Shown: positions 39,773 to 52,085 of the stretch, piece by piece
Numbering within the stretch: the stretch's first letter is position 1
Layout: each line of letters begins with the position of its first letter
DNA from: Octopus sinensis
Lineage: Eukaryota
NCBI RefSeq assembly: GCF_006345805.1
Contig: NC_042997.1
Span: forward strand, 128,712,001 to 128,776,000
Reading direction: 5' to 3'
Length of the DNA stretch: 64,000 nt
Program-made: the position numbers and the translations under genes
Notes under the pieces: model-generated
Told to the model about the DNA's origin: nothing
Seen by the model: only the letters and a program-made list of their open reading frames with translations
The model's database searches: none

Positions 39773-40590
39773 ATAATCATCATCATTTAACTTCCATTGC
39801 CCATGCTGCCATGGGCTGAACGGTTTGACCAGGGAGATGGTGAGCTGAGGGCCTGCATTAGACTCCAGTCTGATTTGGTATGGTTTCTACAGCTGAATGC
39901 CCTTCCTAATTCCAACCACTCCGAGGGTGTAATGGATGCTTTTACATGCCACTAGCACAGGTGCCAGTTGCATGACACCAGTATCTGCCACGGCTATGAT
40001 TTCACTTGGCTTGATGAGTTTTCTATTCAAGTACAGCATATTGCCAAAGGTTTCGGTCATTTGTCATTGCTTCCATGAAGCCCAATGCTCAATAGGTGCT
40101 TTTTACATGCCACCACTGGCATGGGTCCTAGTTACATGACACTGGCATCAGCGACATTGCCTCTGTGAAGCCCAATGTTCAAAAGGTGTTTTGCATGTGC
40201 CATCAGCACAGGTGACAGTTACATGACACCAGCATCAGCCATAACTATGACTTCACTTGGCTTGATGGGTTTTCTCAAGCATGGCATATCGTCACTAGTC
40301 ATTGTCTCAGTGATGTCCAATGTTCGAAGATCATGCTTCACCACCACATCCCATGTCTTCTTGGGTCTACTTCTTCCACATGTTCCCTCTACAGTTAAAG
40401 ATCAGCACTTCTTTACTCAGCTGACTCATCCATACACATCACATGACCATACCAGCATAGTTGTCTCTATTGCAGACCACATCTGATGCCTCTTATGCCC
40501 AACTTTTCTCTTAAGACACTCTGTCAAACATGCACACTGACATTACACATCCAGTGAAGCATGCTAGCTTCATTTCTTACAAGCCTTCAC
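39773..40590 (-). mobile_element. RTE LINE 3' end: ORF C-terminus, repeat-containing 3' UTR and (GAT)n tail
   Basis: The family D tail is contiguous with RC of ...GTCGRSRPKKTWDVVVKHDL; this links family D to the RTE ORF fragments. Confidence 0.8.
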
Positions 40591-40750
40591 ATGTCCTATC
40601 ATCAACATCGTTTAACATCCACTTTCCGTGCAGGCATGGGTTGGACAGTTTGACAGGAGCCAGCCAGGCAGAAGACTACACCAGGCTTCTGTGTCTGTTT
40701 TGATATGGTTTTTATGGTTGGATGTTCCTCCTAACACCAACCATCCTGCA
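40590..40750 (-). mobile_element. Family D 3' end
   Basis: tttaacatccactttccgtgcaggcatggg...ggttggatgttcctcctaacaccaacc. Confidence 0.65.
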
Positions 40751-43099
40751 GAGTATATATGTATATAATGCATGTATGTATGGATTCTTTTTATATTATC
40801 AATTCTTTCAGATATACAATACTAACTATCTGTATCCATTAGGCTTCCATTCACTTATGATTTCCTTCTGTATTTTCTTGTGTTTTGCTTCCTTATAAAC
40901 ATCAGCTCTTAAACTTGGACAATAAGAACAATGCATTCAACTATTCTAAATATTTTTCTCTTACCTTGTATTCACCTAAACCTATGTACTTTTTTCTTAT
41001 GATATACAACAATCATTAATCTACTGTAGCTTTCTTGTTACATATGCAGTAAACTATTAAATATTCATATGTATTAGACTCAAAAAAATAAACTCTTACA
41101 AGAAGACTCTTACTAGAATACTCCCTTTACATCTTTACTTGACAACAACATAAAATTTAAAATTTCCCCCATTAAATATTCCTTGGTGTGTTTTCTAGTA
41201 TTTTAATAATTCTAAAGTCCACCTAACAGTTATTTGTTCAAAATACCACTATAATGCAATAATTTTGTGTCTCCTACACTTGTATTTTCCTGCTAAAACA
41301 ATTATCCTACACATTTTTCTGTACCTAACATCTACTTTCAAATACACATATATCTAGTCATTATTTCCTTTTATTAATGTGAACAATTGCAAGAACAAGG
41401 TTTTCAAACAAAGTACAATAGTTATACTACGATTTCAATGAGAGAGTGAAGCCTAAGAATATCTGAACATCTGAAGTCCTACAGTTATTTTTCAAGCTAA
41501 GAATAGAGCATCTTATATAATGCCAAAATATCAACTACATAAAAAAATGTACTAAGGTAAGGGAATAAAATCAATTATAATAAATCTGTACTTTATGGCT
41601 TGCTAAATCCATGTATATACATTCTATAGAATGATCTTGATTCTAAGCTACTGCTTCATATGTCATGGTCTTAAGTCCTACCTCTGTGGCTACTCATCCT
41701 GCTAAAACTAATCGTCAAAACTCTCTCAAATTACAACCTAACATTTTAATACAGTCCTATGATTGAAACACTAGGTTTAAAAAACAAAAGAGAAAAAAAA
41801 AGACAAGGAGTTTACCACTAGAATGTCTTTTGATGACAAGTTTATTTGATCAGAGCTGACCTTCATTATTCTAAGTTTCTTCACACTACAATAATTCTGG
41901 GATAGTCATTTATTATAATTTCTTGAAAGTTCTATTCTATCAATTACTTTAATATAGAAGTAAAGGATTATATGCAGCTAGAACATTTTCTAAAAATTAA
42001 TAAGTGACAAATTCCATCGTCTGATGCTGAATAAATCTTATTTTAAACACTAGCAACAGTTAATTCCCAAGTTTTATCTAGAATATAATTAGCCTAATTA
42101 ATTCTTTATTTCACTTGGGCTTTAAGGAAACGGCATTATTCTGACCTTTTAAACTGTTGTAAATCGTTTATCCACATTTTACCTCTGGAGAATGCTTAAT
42201 TTGATTAGAAAGTAAGGATCAAGTTTCATCTCTTCGCGTAGCAAATGATTGTAACCTTTTTGAAGTAAAAGACAATACATTGTTGCATCCAAACTTCCCA
42301 GGAATGACAGCTTAGACTTTTGACAAATTTTATTCGCATGATGCTAGTTATGGTATGGTATATTCCCAGACAAGGGTTCACGTATAGGTAACTCACTACC
42401 TTTCCAGAATTTACTCTCTCTCTCTCTCTCTCTCTCTCTCTAAGTAGTTCACTCACCTTTCCAGAATTTTCTCTCTCTCTCTCACACACACACACGGTAT
42501 GACTGACTAGAAAGAGAAAGCAAATGCTGGAAAATTTCCATGTCATGCTCGAATGACAATTGATATTTTGAGAATACCTTTGGAAAGAATAAGACAACCA
42601 CTTGGAAAATGTGCCTTGCATCTTTGTGAGGTGGTTGTCATTGTTGTTATTGTTAATGGTTGTAGTGCTAATGGTGTTTAGCTCCAGATCAACTTTGATC
42701 AAACTGACCAATGATCAAAAACATTCTAGCCATAACTGTTCTGTTTTTCAGGAATATCTACTGTGCTTTTCTTTCCTAATTTTAAGACATTGTGATGTAA
42801 TCTGGAGAAGATTTTGCTGTTATTTCCAGCAGGTTGAACCATCATATAGAGGCCCCCTCACTAGATTTCTCTTCTTGCAGTTAAAATAATAGTCAAGTGT
42901 TAAGATTGATATAAACAATTATTCTCTAACTGGCAGTACTCCAGAATGGCTGCAGTCCAGAGGCAGAAACAATAGCCACTAATAACATTATTATCAATGT
43001 CATCATTCTCATGACCATCACCGTCAACACTATCATCGCCACTGTCATCATTAGCATCAAATCAAAAGAGGCTTCTGTGTAAGTATTTGTGTGTGACAT

Positions 43100-43480
43100 A
43101 GCAATCAAATCTCCCTCACTTCATGCTTTGTGCCTGAAAAATAAGATGAGATAGTCACAGTGATGTGTTTCTCAATCAAAGATAAGCTGGAGCTGAAAAA
43201 TTGCACACCGTCATCATCCATACCATCGTCATCAACTTCATCGTGATCACCCTCACCCTTATCCACCACCATCATCATAATCATCCCAATCATCATCTTC
43301 ATCACTGTTATCATCACCATCATTATATTCATCATCATATTCATTATCATCATTTCCTTGTGATGCACCTGAGCACTGTATACAATAATTTCATTATTAT
43401 TATTATTATTGTCATTGTTATTTTCACCACTATCACTACACTCTTTGCCATGATCATCATCACTGCCTTCATTTACTTCT
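43100..43480. repeat. Degenerate (CAT)n low-complexity tract
   Basis: CAT/CAC/TAT triplet-rich; it produces the spurious His-rich and Met-rich ORFs. Confidence 0.8.
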
Positions 43481-44769
43481 TCATTAACCCCCCATACACA
43501 CACTCATGTAGTGTCAGCTATGCCCCAACCAATCTGGTGGTGGTGGTGGTGTGTGTGTGTGTGTGTGTGTGCAACTGGAATGTTGACTGGTGTATTTATT
43601 TTGTAAATCACATGTGAACCAGGTGGCAATTAGCTTCTTTCTCACAGCATGAGTTGTTGTTTATTAACCGTAATGAAGCAAATCTGTAACTAATAGCCTT
43701 ACAGCCATGACTGTCCATTCTGATACCATAATACATGCCAGACTACATTAGTCAATGTATATTTGCATTTTTCTAAGGATGGTTAGTTGTGATTTGAGGG
43801 AAATTTAGCTACTATTTCTAACAAGTAAATAGAGATTTCTTTTATTGACTTGCTGGACAGGTGTTGCTTTGGTGAGTCCACTAATTTCGTCTTACATTCT
43901 GTGCTTGGCAACAAGACATGCATTTAAATATAAGTAGATGTTACTAAAATAAGTCTAGAAGATATTTTTGTCAGCCAGCAGAGTGGCTATCAGGTAAATG
44001 TTAGTCTCCAAGGGAAACAAGATATTCTGACTTCTCTTCCGCTTCATTCTTATTATCATCATCACCTTCATTGTCATCATCATCATCATTGCCCTCATCA
44101 TCATCATTGCCCGCATCATCATCATCATTGTTTAATTTCCGTTATCTGTATTGTTGCTATACACTGTCACTATTTACTCAATGTCTTGTAAATGTTCCCC
44201 ATACAGTGCCAGTGTTGTTATCTCTCAGTGGATTATTGCAGATATAATGGAAACTCTTGTACCTTATTTGTTAACAAATACCATTTATAGAGTTCATCTA
44301 AATACTATTATAGTTATTGTGTGCAGTGTTTGACTTTTTATTTTATTATTCATTTATTATTATTGATAGATGTTCAGAGCATACATTATAGAATATAATA
44401 AAGTCAGCTATTCAATGGCAAACTCCTCTCACTTAATGCCAGTTATTGCTGAAACATAATACATTCACACTCATCCATTGAAGATGACACTAAAAATCTA
44501 TCTACCATTCTTCCGTTGCCTTTGTAAAGCTGTCCTGTCATCCCTGTCTCAGAATAAGGGCAAAAATCTCAACAGAAAGCTACATTAGTATTCAATAAAG
44601 AAAATGTTTCATAAATGTTGCCAAGTCTTGTTTTCAATTATTTTAGATGCTCTACTTTTGGTAAATGTGCTCAGCTTCTGTGACTCTATTAATGTATAAT
44701 ATATTGCAACTCTGTTACATATATGTAGCTATATTGATTTACATATGGAATAGTGTGTAATGTTACATA

Positions 44770-44916
44770 TATGTAATTATATATATATATATCATCATCA
44801 TATATATATATATAATAAATATATATATATATATAATATATATATGATGATTATATATATATATATATATATATATAAATATAATCATCATCATATATAT
44901 TATATAATAAATATAT

Positions 44917-44964
<48 letters not shown>

Positions 44965-45002
44965 CATCATCATATATATTATATATAATAAATATATATA
45001 TA

Positions 45003-45064
<62 letters not shown>

Positions 45065-45150
45065 ATCATCATCATCATATATATTATATATAATAATACA
45101 TATATATATATATATAATATATATATGATGATTATATATATATATGATTT
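44770..45150. repeat. Compound (TA)n/(CAT)n satellite with higher-order units
   Basis: An aatcatcatcatatatatta-type unit recurs four times at ~80-100 bp spacing within a (TA)n matrix; two inverted atgatgatt units. Confidence 0.85.
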
Positions 45151-46563
45151 CTGTCTCCACATTGTGGGTACATATGTTTTCATTGTGGTGAATTCTGTAT
45201 TACATAATAGATTTATATACATCAGTTTTAAGCTGCATCTCTTTGGCTATTAATACATAAGAAACTCTATTACATCTCTGTGATCTTTTAATTTATATAT
45301 ATATTTGTGATAATGTTAATGTATATGTATGTGTGTCTAAGTATGTATATAGATATATATATATACATAGATATGTTTTATAATAGATTAATATACATCA
45401 TTGTGGCTATATAAATTTATATTTAGCATTTCTCAGTCACTTTTTTGTGGGTATGGATATTTACATAAATTAGCTCTGTGTTTCATATCTGTGGCTAGTG
45501 GCTATACAAGTTAACATATGTATATCAGTTCTATGTTACATATCCATAGGTATTTATATTATTGTGGAAAAATAGATTTATATACATATCTTGTCACAAC
45601 TTTATCATATATATATAGTAGTTCTCTCAGTGGACAAGGCTGCAGTCCACCCTAGGCTCTGCTTTTATGGGATTGCACATTTGGCTCTGCTGTATAAACC
45701 TTAATAGTGGGCAGTGAGAAGGACTCAAGTGCTGCCCCAAGTGACACACACTCTAGGTATACCACTGATTTCTCAGTTTCATCTTTGTAGGTGTGGTAGG
45801 GTGTGTAAATAGATAGATAGACAGACAGACAGAGAGGGCAAGAGCTCTTTGTGTGTTACATATCTTTAGCTGTTATAATTTTTTTTTATATATATATTAA
45901 AAGCTCAATGTTATGACTATTTGGTTTATATAGATTAAGTTGCTCTGTTATAAAAGAACATCTTTCAGTCAGCAGAGAATGGAGAAAATATTAGGTTTCT
46001 GAAATATATCATTTGTTTGTCATATTTTGATCTCATGTATAAATATCCGATCACCATCAGTAGATGACCATTCTCTTGATAATGTATTGTGCTTCCTTCC
46101 ATCTCCCTAGCCATTTCAAATTAAGATATCAATTACATAATATTCGTTAATTAATTACAATTATGGGTTAGGTTTCCACAAATAACAGTAATTATTGAAA
46201 AAGTGAGTTTTCTTTTTGGACATTCAGTTTAAATGTTAACTAGCTGATGGTAAGATGAGGTTTATTTTTTTCTCATAGTTTGCATGACAAAATAAAAAAT
46301 AGCTAAATTTCCCTTCATCGACACCAATATATACTTACTACAGAATTATTTTATAAAAGCTCCAGCAATATTAATTTTGAAATACACAACAATCTCAACA
46401 GTTATTTTGTTATTATATCCAAAATGTTCCACCTCTTGAAAAATATGTAAAAAAAATCACAACAGTAAATTTTGTTTGTGGATATAATGGACATTAGCAG
46501 ACAGTTAATGTCAGTATTTACTAAAATATTATTACTTTTAAACTGCTACTACTGTCCTATAAG

Positions 46564-46604
<41 letters not shown>

Positions 46605-46715
46605 CATACATACATACATATTCACACATACATACACACATTTGTATATGTATGCTTGTATGTGCCTATATGTATGTGTGTATTGTGTAAGTATGTAATT
46701 CCTTTTTTCTATATA

Positions 46716-46940
46716 CAGGGTTTCCCATAACAGGAATAAATTGTTGAAACGATTTCAAAAAACAGTAATAAAAATACTTTTTATGTATAAAAGAACAGTT
46801 TTTTTTTATTTTTCGGTTAAATGGTTGGGATTTATGATTTACTATATAAATTGTTCACTTACATTACCGTTTTCTTTACATTCCAATTCCAAGCGTGTTA
46901 CAGCTTTTGTGTCACATAGAATACAATATTCGTGCATTAT
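46716..46940 (-). mobile_element. Terminal fragment of a Tc1/mariner element
   Basis: TA|cagggtttcccataa TIR-like end; RC translates to KAVTRLELECKENGNVSEQFI*, like an ITm C-terminus. Confidence 0.45.
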
Positions 46941-47064
46941 TTCTTTTTTGTATTTTGATGGAATTAGGATAATAATGATGATGTATATAAGAGAAATTGT
47001 TATGAGTTCATAGTGCTAGAATTTTGACCAAAAAACTTGTTTCATTATGTATTATCGTTGTTGC

Positions 47065-47500
47065 TGCTGCTGTTGTTGTTGTTGTTGTTTAACCCCAGGT
47101 CAAACTCGATAGAGCAGGCATATGATCAAAGATATTCCAGCTGTAACCATCCTATTAAATTTACCTCAATTATCCAGTGTCTCCTTCCTTTCTTTTAATG
47201 TGTTACAGTATGTTTTGCAGATTTAGCTGCTTTTTCTACTCGTTCAAGCACCATGTAGAAGATCCTTGTTGACATTTGCTCCATTATGGTTTTGTGGTTG
47301 TTGCTTAGTCCTCACTGAGCACAGATTTAGCAGACCTATGATTAAAAGCATTCCAACCATGCTCATTGTCATTTTTCAGGTATCACTATGTAATTCTTCA
47401 TTAACCAGAATATTTTTAAATATCATTTGTTTGAAAATTGAAGGGAAATTTGGCTACTGTTTCTTGTAAATTGAGTAACTACATAGAGCTTCCCCCATCA
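47065..47500 (-). repeat. Two tandem family C copies behind a (GTT)n tract
   Basis: aaccccaggtca...agacatatgatcaaag-like motif, then cagacctatgattaaaagcattcc...gaagggaaatttggctac. Confidence 0.6.
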
Positions 47501-49889
47501 CCTTGTCTCAGGTTATATTATTGTTTGTGTAGGTAGGTAAGGAAGATTACAGTCTTCAGTAATTTGCAACTTTGTAATTTAGGAGACAATTGTGTGCTGT
47601 TGTTGCAATCACATACTACAGATGCATAGTGCAAAACTACTATATCATGTACAATACTACAAATATCATTATCTTTGTATGTAACTGTGATATATGAATT
47701 CACACACATACACACACACACACATGTACAGAGGGAAAGATTGCATTTATTTTATTGCAGCATTGTGCGAGATTCCCTGACTAAAGTGTCTGTCTGTAAA
47801 GGTTTGCTTTATTATCTAAGATATTTGTTTTCTCTCTCTGTTCATGAAATATCATAAATCATTTCCTGGAATCCAACCTGGTACAATTGAAAATAACTGA
47901 ATTGTTGATACCTTGATGATCTATTGGATGGTTAGGAGTTACAATCAAATGTATTCTTTCATTACATCTGCACTTAGAAATTTTTTTAGGTAAGATGAAA
48001 ACTCTTCTCAATTAGATCTGAAGAAATTTCAGTGACATTTTTCATTTGTTCTGACCACTGGTCAACAATTGAGAAGTGATCTGCTTTCTGAATGTCTTGC
48101 ATGGCTTTGCTGTTTGCTGATATCAGATGTAAGACTGAAGAGATCCTTATGTGGCTAATACTTTAACTGATAGTCATGTGAAGTAGCAGCTACATTGTTA
48201 CTGTTTGTATAATACAATTCATTTCAAGATAAATGTCTAATCAAGTGCCATCCGACATTTATGATTAATAGATTCCTCTTTTTATATGAAATGTATAAAG
48301 AAATATTTACTATCTTAATATAAGTCTGGATGTTTTTATTAACAATTTAAAAGTTACATTTTTATGTATCAGATAATTTTCTGTACATTTTATTATTGTT
48401 GTTATTTTTAGTTTTTATTTATTTATTTTTTCCACATTAGCAGAAACTGTGACACACATCTTGATTTGGATAATCAGTGGTAGAAAACCTTTCTAATTAC
48501 CAAGTGTGTTTTACTTTTATCTTGTCAGATAAAAGCAGCTCAGACACGTTTTTCCTGAAATTAGTGCCATAAATGTGTTGAATGTAGATAAGAATCTAAC
48601 ATTGCTGCCAATTCACTCGACAGAATCAAATTGATGGAGAAATAAGATTAAATGTGTAGTGGGATTATCTAACCAGATCTATAGCTTAGCTAATTTAATG
48701 ATAAAATATGCTCATATAAGTTTCTCTGTAATTACGATACTTTTTTCTTGGTGTCCAGAACCATCTTTTGAAGCTAGTATGTTGACTGAATTCTCTCTAG
48801 TGTCAGTAATACAACATTTATTACAACATAAAATGTACAAAAAATGTGAAACAATACAATCTGGCACAGATACAATGTGGAATCTTTTTAACCATTTCCT
48901 TACAAATTGTTCTTAATAAGTTTAATGTTCTAACCCTAAGACATTTTATTGGTAGTACAGTTTACTATATTCTAACAAGCACAATTAGATATACTCAAAC
49001 ATCCACACACATTACCCCACACATATATACAAATACAGAACATGCAAACAGAAACATACACACACATATACACATGTATGTATTTACTGAAAGACATGTA
49101 AGGAGATATGCTGTGACAGTGAACCACTTTAACAGTTCTGATAATTCAGTTAGTTCAAACTTTACTTTCTTTTGTGTCTATCGGGGATTATTACTTTGTT
49201 TCTTTTTGAGCCAATGAAGAGCTATCTACATAGTTGCCTAATCAGCCAGAAATAGCAGCTAAATTACATTCTAGTGTTTTAATAAAAGGAAAGTCTTGTT
49301 GGATAATACAGTTTTATATACAGAACAGAATGGTTATATTTGGAATGCATTTGAACCATATGTTTGCTCAATCAGAGCTAGCCTAACAATAATCACACCT
49401 GTATTTTCCTTCAAAGACACATTTACAAGCTACAAAAAAATTTTAATATTCACTAACATTTTTTATTGCTTGTTTCCCTTATTGTAGCAATTTCCTGTCA
49501 TTTTACTAAAATTTAATAAAATCCATTTCAAAGTGATTTCTTATTCCCCGAACTATTTGCAACTTCTTTGGTTACAGAACATATTATCTTTAATTCCTCT
49601 ATTCCTTTACCAGTTTGTTCTTTTACCTGTTTCAAGTCTTTGTGACAGTAACTAAACTGTAGCACTACCTTGAAAGGTTTCAGTCCATGACAGCAACCAC
49701 AGTACTTATTTGGTACTTATTTTTCCAATGCTATAAAGTAGACTGACTAAGATGACCTGGATATAAAGAATGCAAATGGAGGTGGAAATAAATACCACAA
49801 GGTATTTTTGCTCAATGGTCTGATTCTGCTTTCCTTTCTCAATATACACATACCTTTCTACTTTGTGTGTGTGTGTGATGTAAATGTTT

Positions 49890-50025
49890 GTATGCTTCCC
49901 AACCAAATGGTTTCAGGTTTCAGTCCCACTGTGCAGTACCATGAGCAAATGTCTTCTACAATAACCAAAAGCTTGTGAGTGGATTTGACCGATGGAAACT
50001 GAACTGAAAGAAACCTGACATATAT
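49890..50025 (+). mobile_element. SINE family A, 5' part
   Basis: cccaaccaaatggtttcaggtttcagtcccactgtg...cttgtgagtggatttg. Confidence 0.65.
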
Positions 50026-51365
50026 ATATGTGTATGTATGTATTTATGTATGTGCATGTATACACACACACAGAGGTGTTCACTCTATCACAGCCTCTGC
50101 AGGTGGTGTTGTGACTTCTATTGCAACTTCTCCACTTACTCTGTACCTTCATAGACGTGTGAATTACAAGATCCCTTACTTAAAAAAATAGGTAAGGGTT
50201 AGCAATAGGAAAGGCATCTAGATGTAAAGCAATGGTTCAATAATATATTCAAGAATGCAAGCATGGAAAAAATGTAGATGTAAAACAAATTAACAACATA
50301 TAGTATGTTAGTCTGTAAAGTAGACAGTATGTTGGTCTGTAATGAAAAGCATGCATTTGTCCAAGATGGTGTCAGGACATGATTATCATTACTGCAGAAC
50401 TTTCTAAACATGGATTGTGATATTAGAGAAAGCTGATCCCTGCAATATTGCCTAAACCCAAAGTTCATCATACATTCCTATGTTAGCTTTTCATCAGATT
50501 TGTTGATCAAGCGCAAACAGAGGATGGCGTAGCATTTTTAGGTTTCCAGTTTTGCTTTCCAGTCTTTTACAACATAAGCAATTACATTTTCTTTTTTTTT
50601 TTTTGCATCTTCTTCATTATTGGAGATAAATACTTGAAAAATTAGGTTAATTATGATTATTGACAAAAAGATTATTCTAACTCACTTTTTCCTTGTTTCT
50701 TACATGTTATTTCTTGCCATAGTATTCTGATTAAAGATGAAATTCATGATTTGTAAATATTTGATTAGTTTTTCTTTACATTTTCATTCAACTTGCTGAA
50801 TCTAATTTATTTTCTAGTCTTATTTCAAATTACAAATCAACAGATTTTTGTTTCAATCCCCAGTTTCTCCTCTAACAGTTAATTTCAGCTGATGACGGAG
50901 TCCATTTATTTTTTACATCTGTTTCTTTTGACTTGCTTCTTTTGTATTTGTTGATTTTTTAATAAGATTTAATGAGATATTACAAAGAAAAAACTTTGCT
51001 TACAATTCTAATAATGTAGGTCACTAAAAGAATCACTAATCAAAGACAAACTTTTGGCTTGTTCTTGTGTTCTAATAAGATTCACCTAGTCATTCCATTA
51101 TATGGTGTAATTATAGGCTTTTTATAGTCTAATTGCTTTGAAACATAGCAGTTATGACCTGACAGAGATTCAAGCTTACAGTATTTCCATAGATAGAAAA
51201 TAGATAAAGGTAGATTAAAGTAGGTTGGCATTACTTTTGGTAACTCATTCTCTGATTTCTAAACTAAATGGAAATAATTAAACATCTTGCAGAGGAGAAT
51301 ATTTCAGCTACGTGGAACATCCTCTCGTTATCTATGTCTTGTTATCACCTAAGATTAGAAATCTG

Positions 51366-51462
51366 TCGGCAATACAGATACTAAAATTGGAATGATACAG
51401 AGAAGATTAGCATGGCCCCTGCACAAGGATGACATGAAAATTCATGAAGTGATCCATATTTT
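51366..51462 (+). pseudogene. U6: U6 snRNA retrocopy (U6 nt 10-106)
   Basis: 87/97 identical to canonical U6 as recalled; ACAGAGA box and AGC triad intact; 5 of 6 CpGs mutated to TG/CA; 5' 9 nt are not U6-like; followed directly by a retroposon tail. Confidence 0.93.
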
Positions 51463-51524
51463 CCAACAGTGGTGTCCCAGCATGGCCACAGCTTTGAGCT
51501 GAAACCGATAAAAGAATATATATA

Positions 51525-52085
51525 TCATCATCATTTAACATCTGGTTTCCTTGCTAACTCTTTTCCTTGGGTTAGATGGTTTGACTGGAACTGGTAAGTC
51601 AGAGAGCTGCACCAGGTTCCAGTCTGACTTTGCATGGTTTCTACAGCTGGATGCCCTTCCTAATGCCAACCACTCCGAAAGTGTAATGGGTGTTTTTTAC
51701 ATGCCACTGGCACAGGTGCTATTTACATGACACCAGCAACGTCCATGACTACAATTTCACTTACATGACACTGACAACAGCCACAACTACAATTTCACTT
51801 GATTTGATGAGTCTTCTCTAGCACAGCATATCACCAAAGGTCTCAGTCACTTGTCATTGGCTCTGTGAGGCCCAACACTCAAAGATCATGCTTCACCACC
51901 TCATCCCTCACCTCCATGAGGCCCAGCATTCAAAGATCATGCTACTGGCAATGGCCACAACTATGATTTCATGGGTGCCATTTACATGATACTGGCAATG
52001 GCCATGACTATGATTTCACTTAGCTTGACAAGTCTTCTCAAGCACAGCATATCGCCAAAGGTCCTGATTACTAGTCATCACCTCT
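51525..52085 (-). mobile_element. Family D 3' end with internal tandem repeats
   Basis: (cat)n tail, ctacagctggatgcccttcctaatgccaacc, repeated gactacaatttcact units. Confidence 0.75.

Larger units (their letters stand above)
38200..41400 (+). mobile_element. Possible very old Penelope-like RT/linker relic, interrupted by family D insertions
   Basis: Strand-skewed composition like the neighbouring PLE pieces; weak motif traces (VSYTC near 41270). Tentative. Confidence 0.3.

Noticed and set aside
42390-42482. Short tandem duplication of acctttccagaattt-(ct)n; similar small duplications at ~50290-50335 and ~63185-63248
   Set aside because: Ordinary slippage-type duplications with no further structure.
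43105-43617. His-rich (+) and Met/Asp/Asn-rich (-) ORFs of 132-138 aa
   Set aside because: Translations of a degenerate (CAT)n tract; no splice or domain support.
44760-45222. Ile/Tyr-rich ORFs on both strands
   Set aside because: (TA)n repeats lack stops in these frames; artefact.
51366-51462. Functional U6 gene
   Set aside because: 5' stem missing, CpG decay, no TATA at about -30, and a retroposon tail instead of a clean terminator context.
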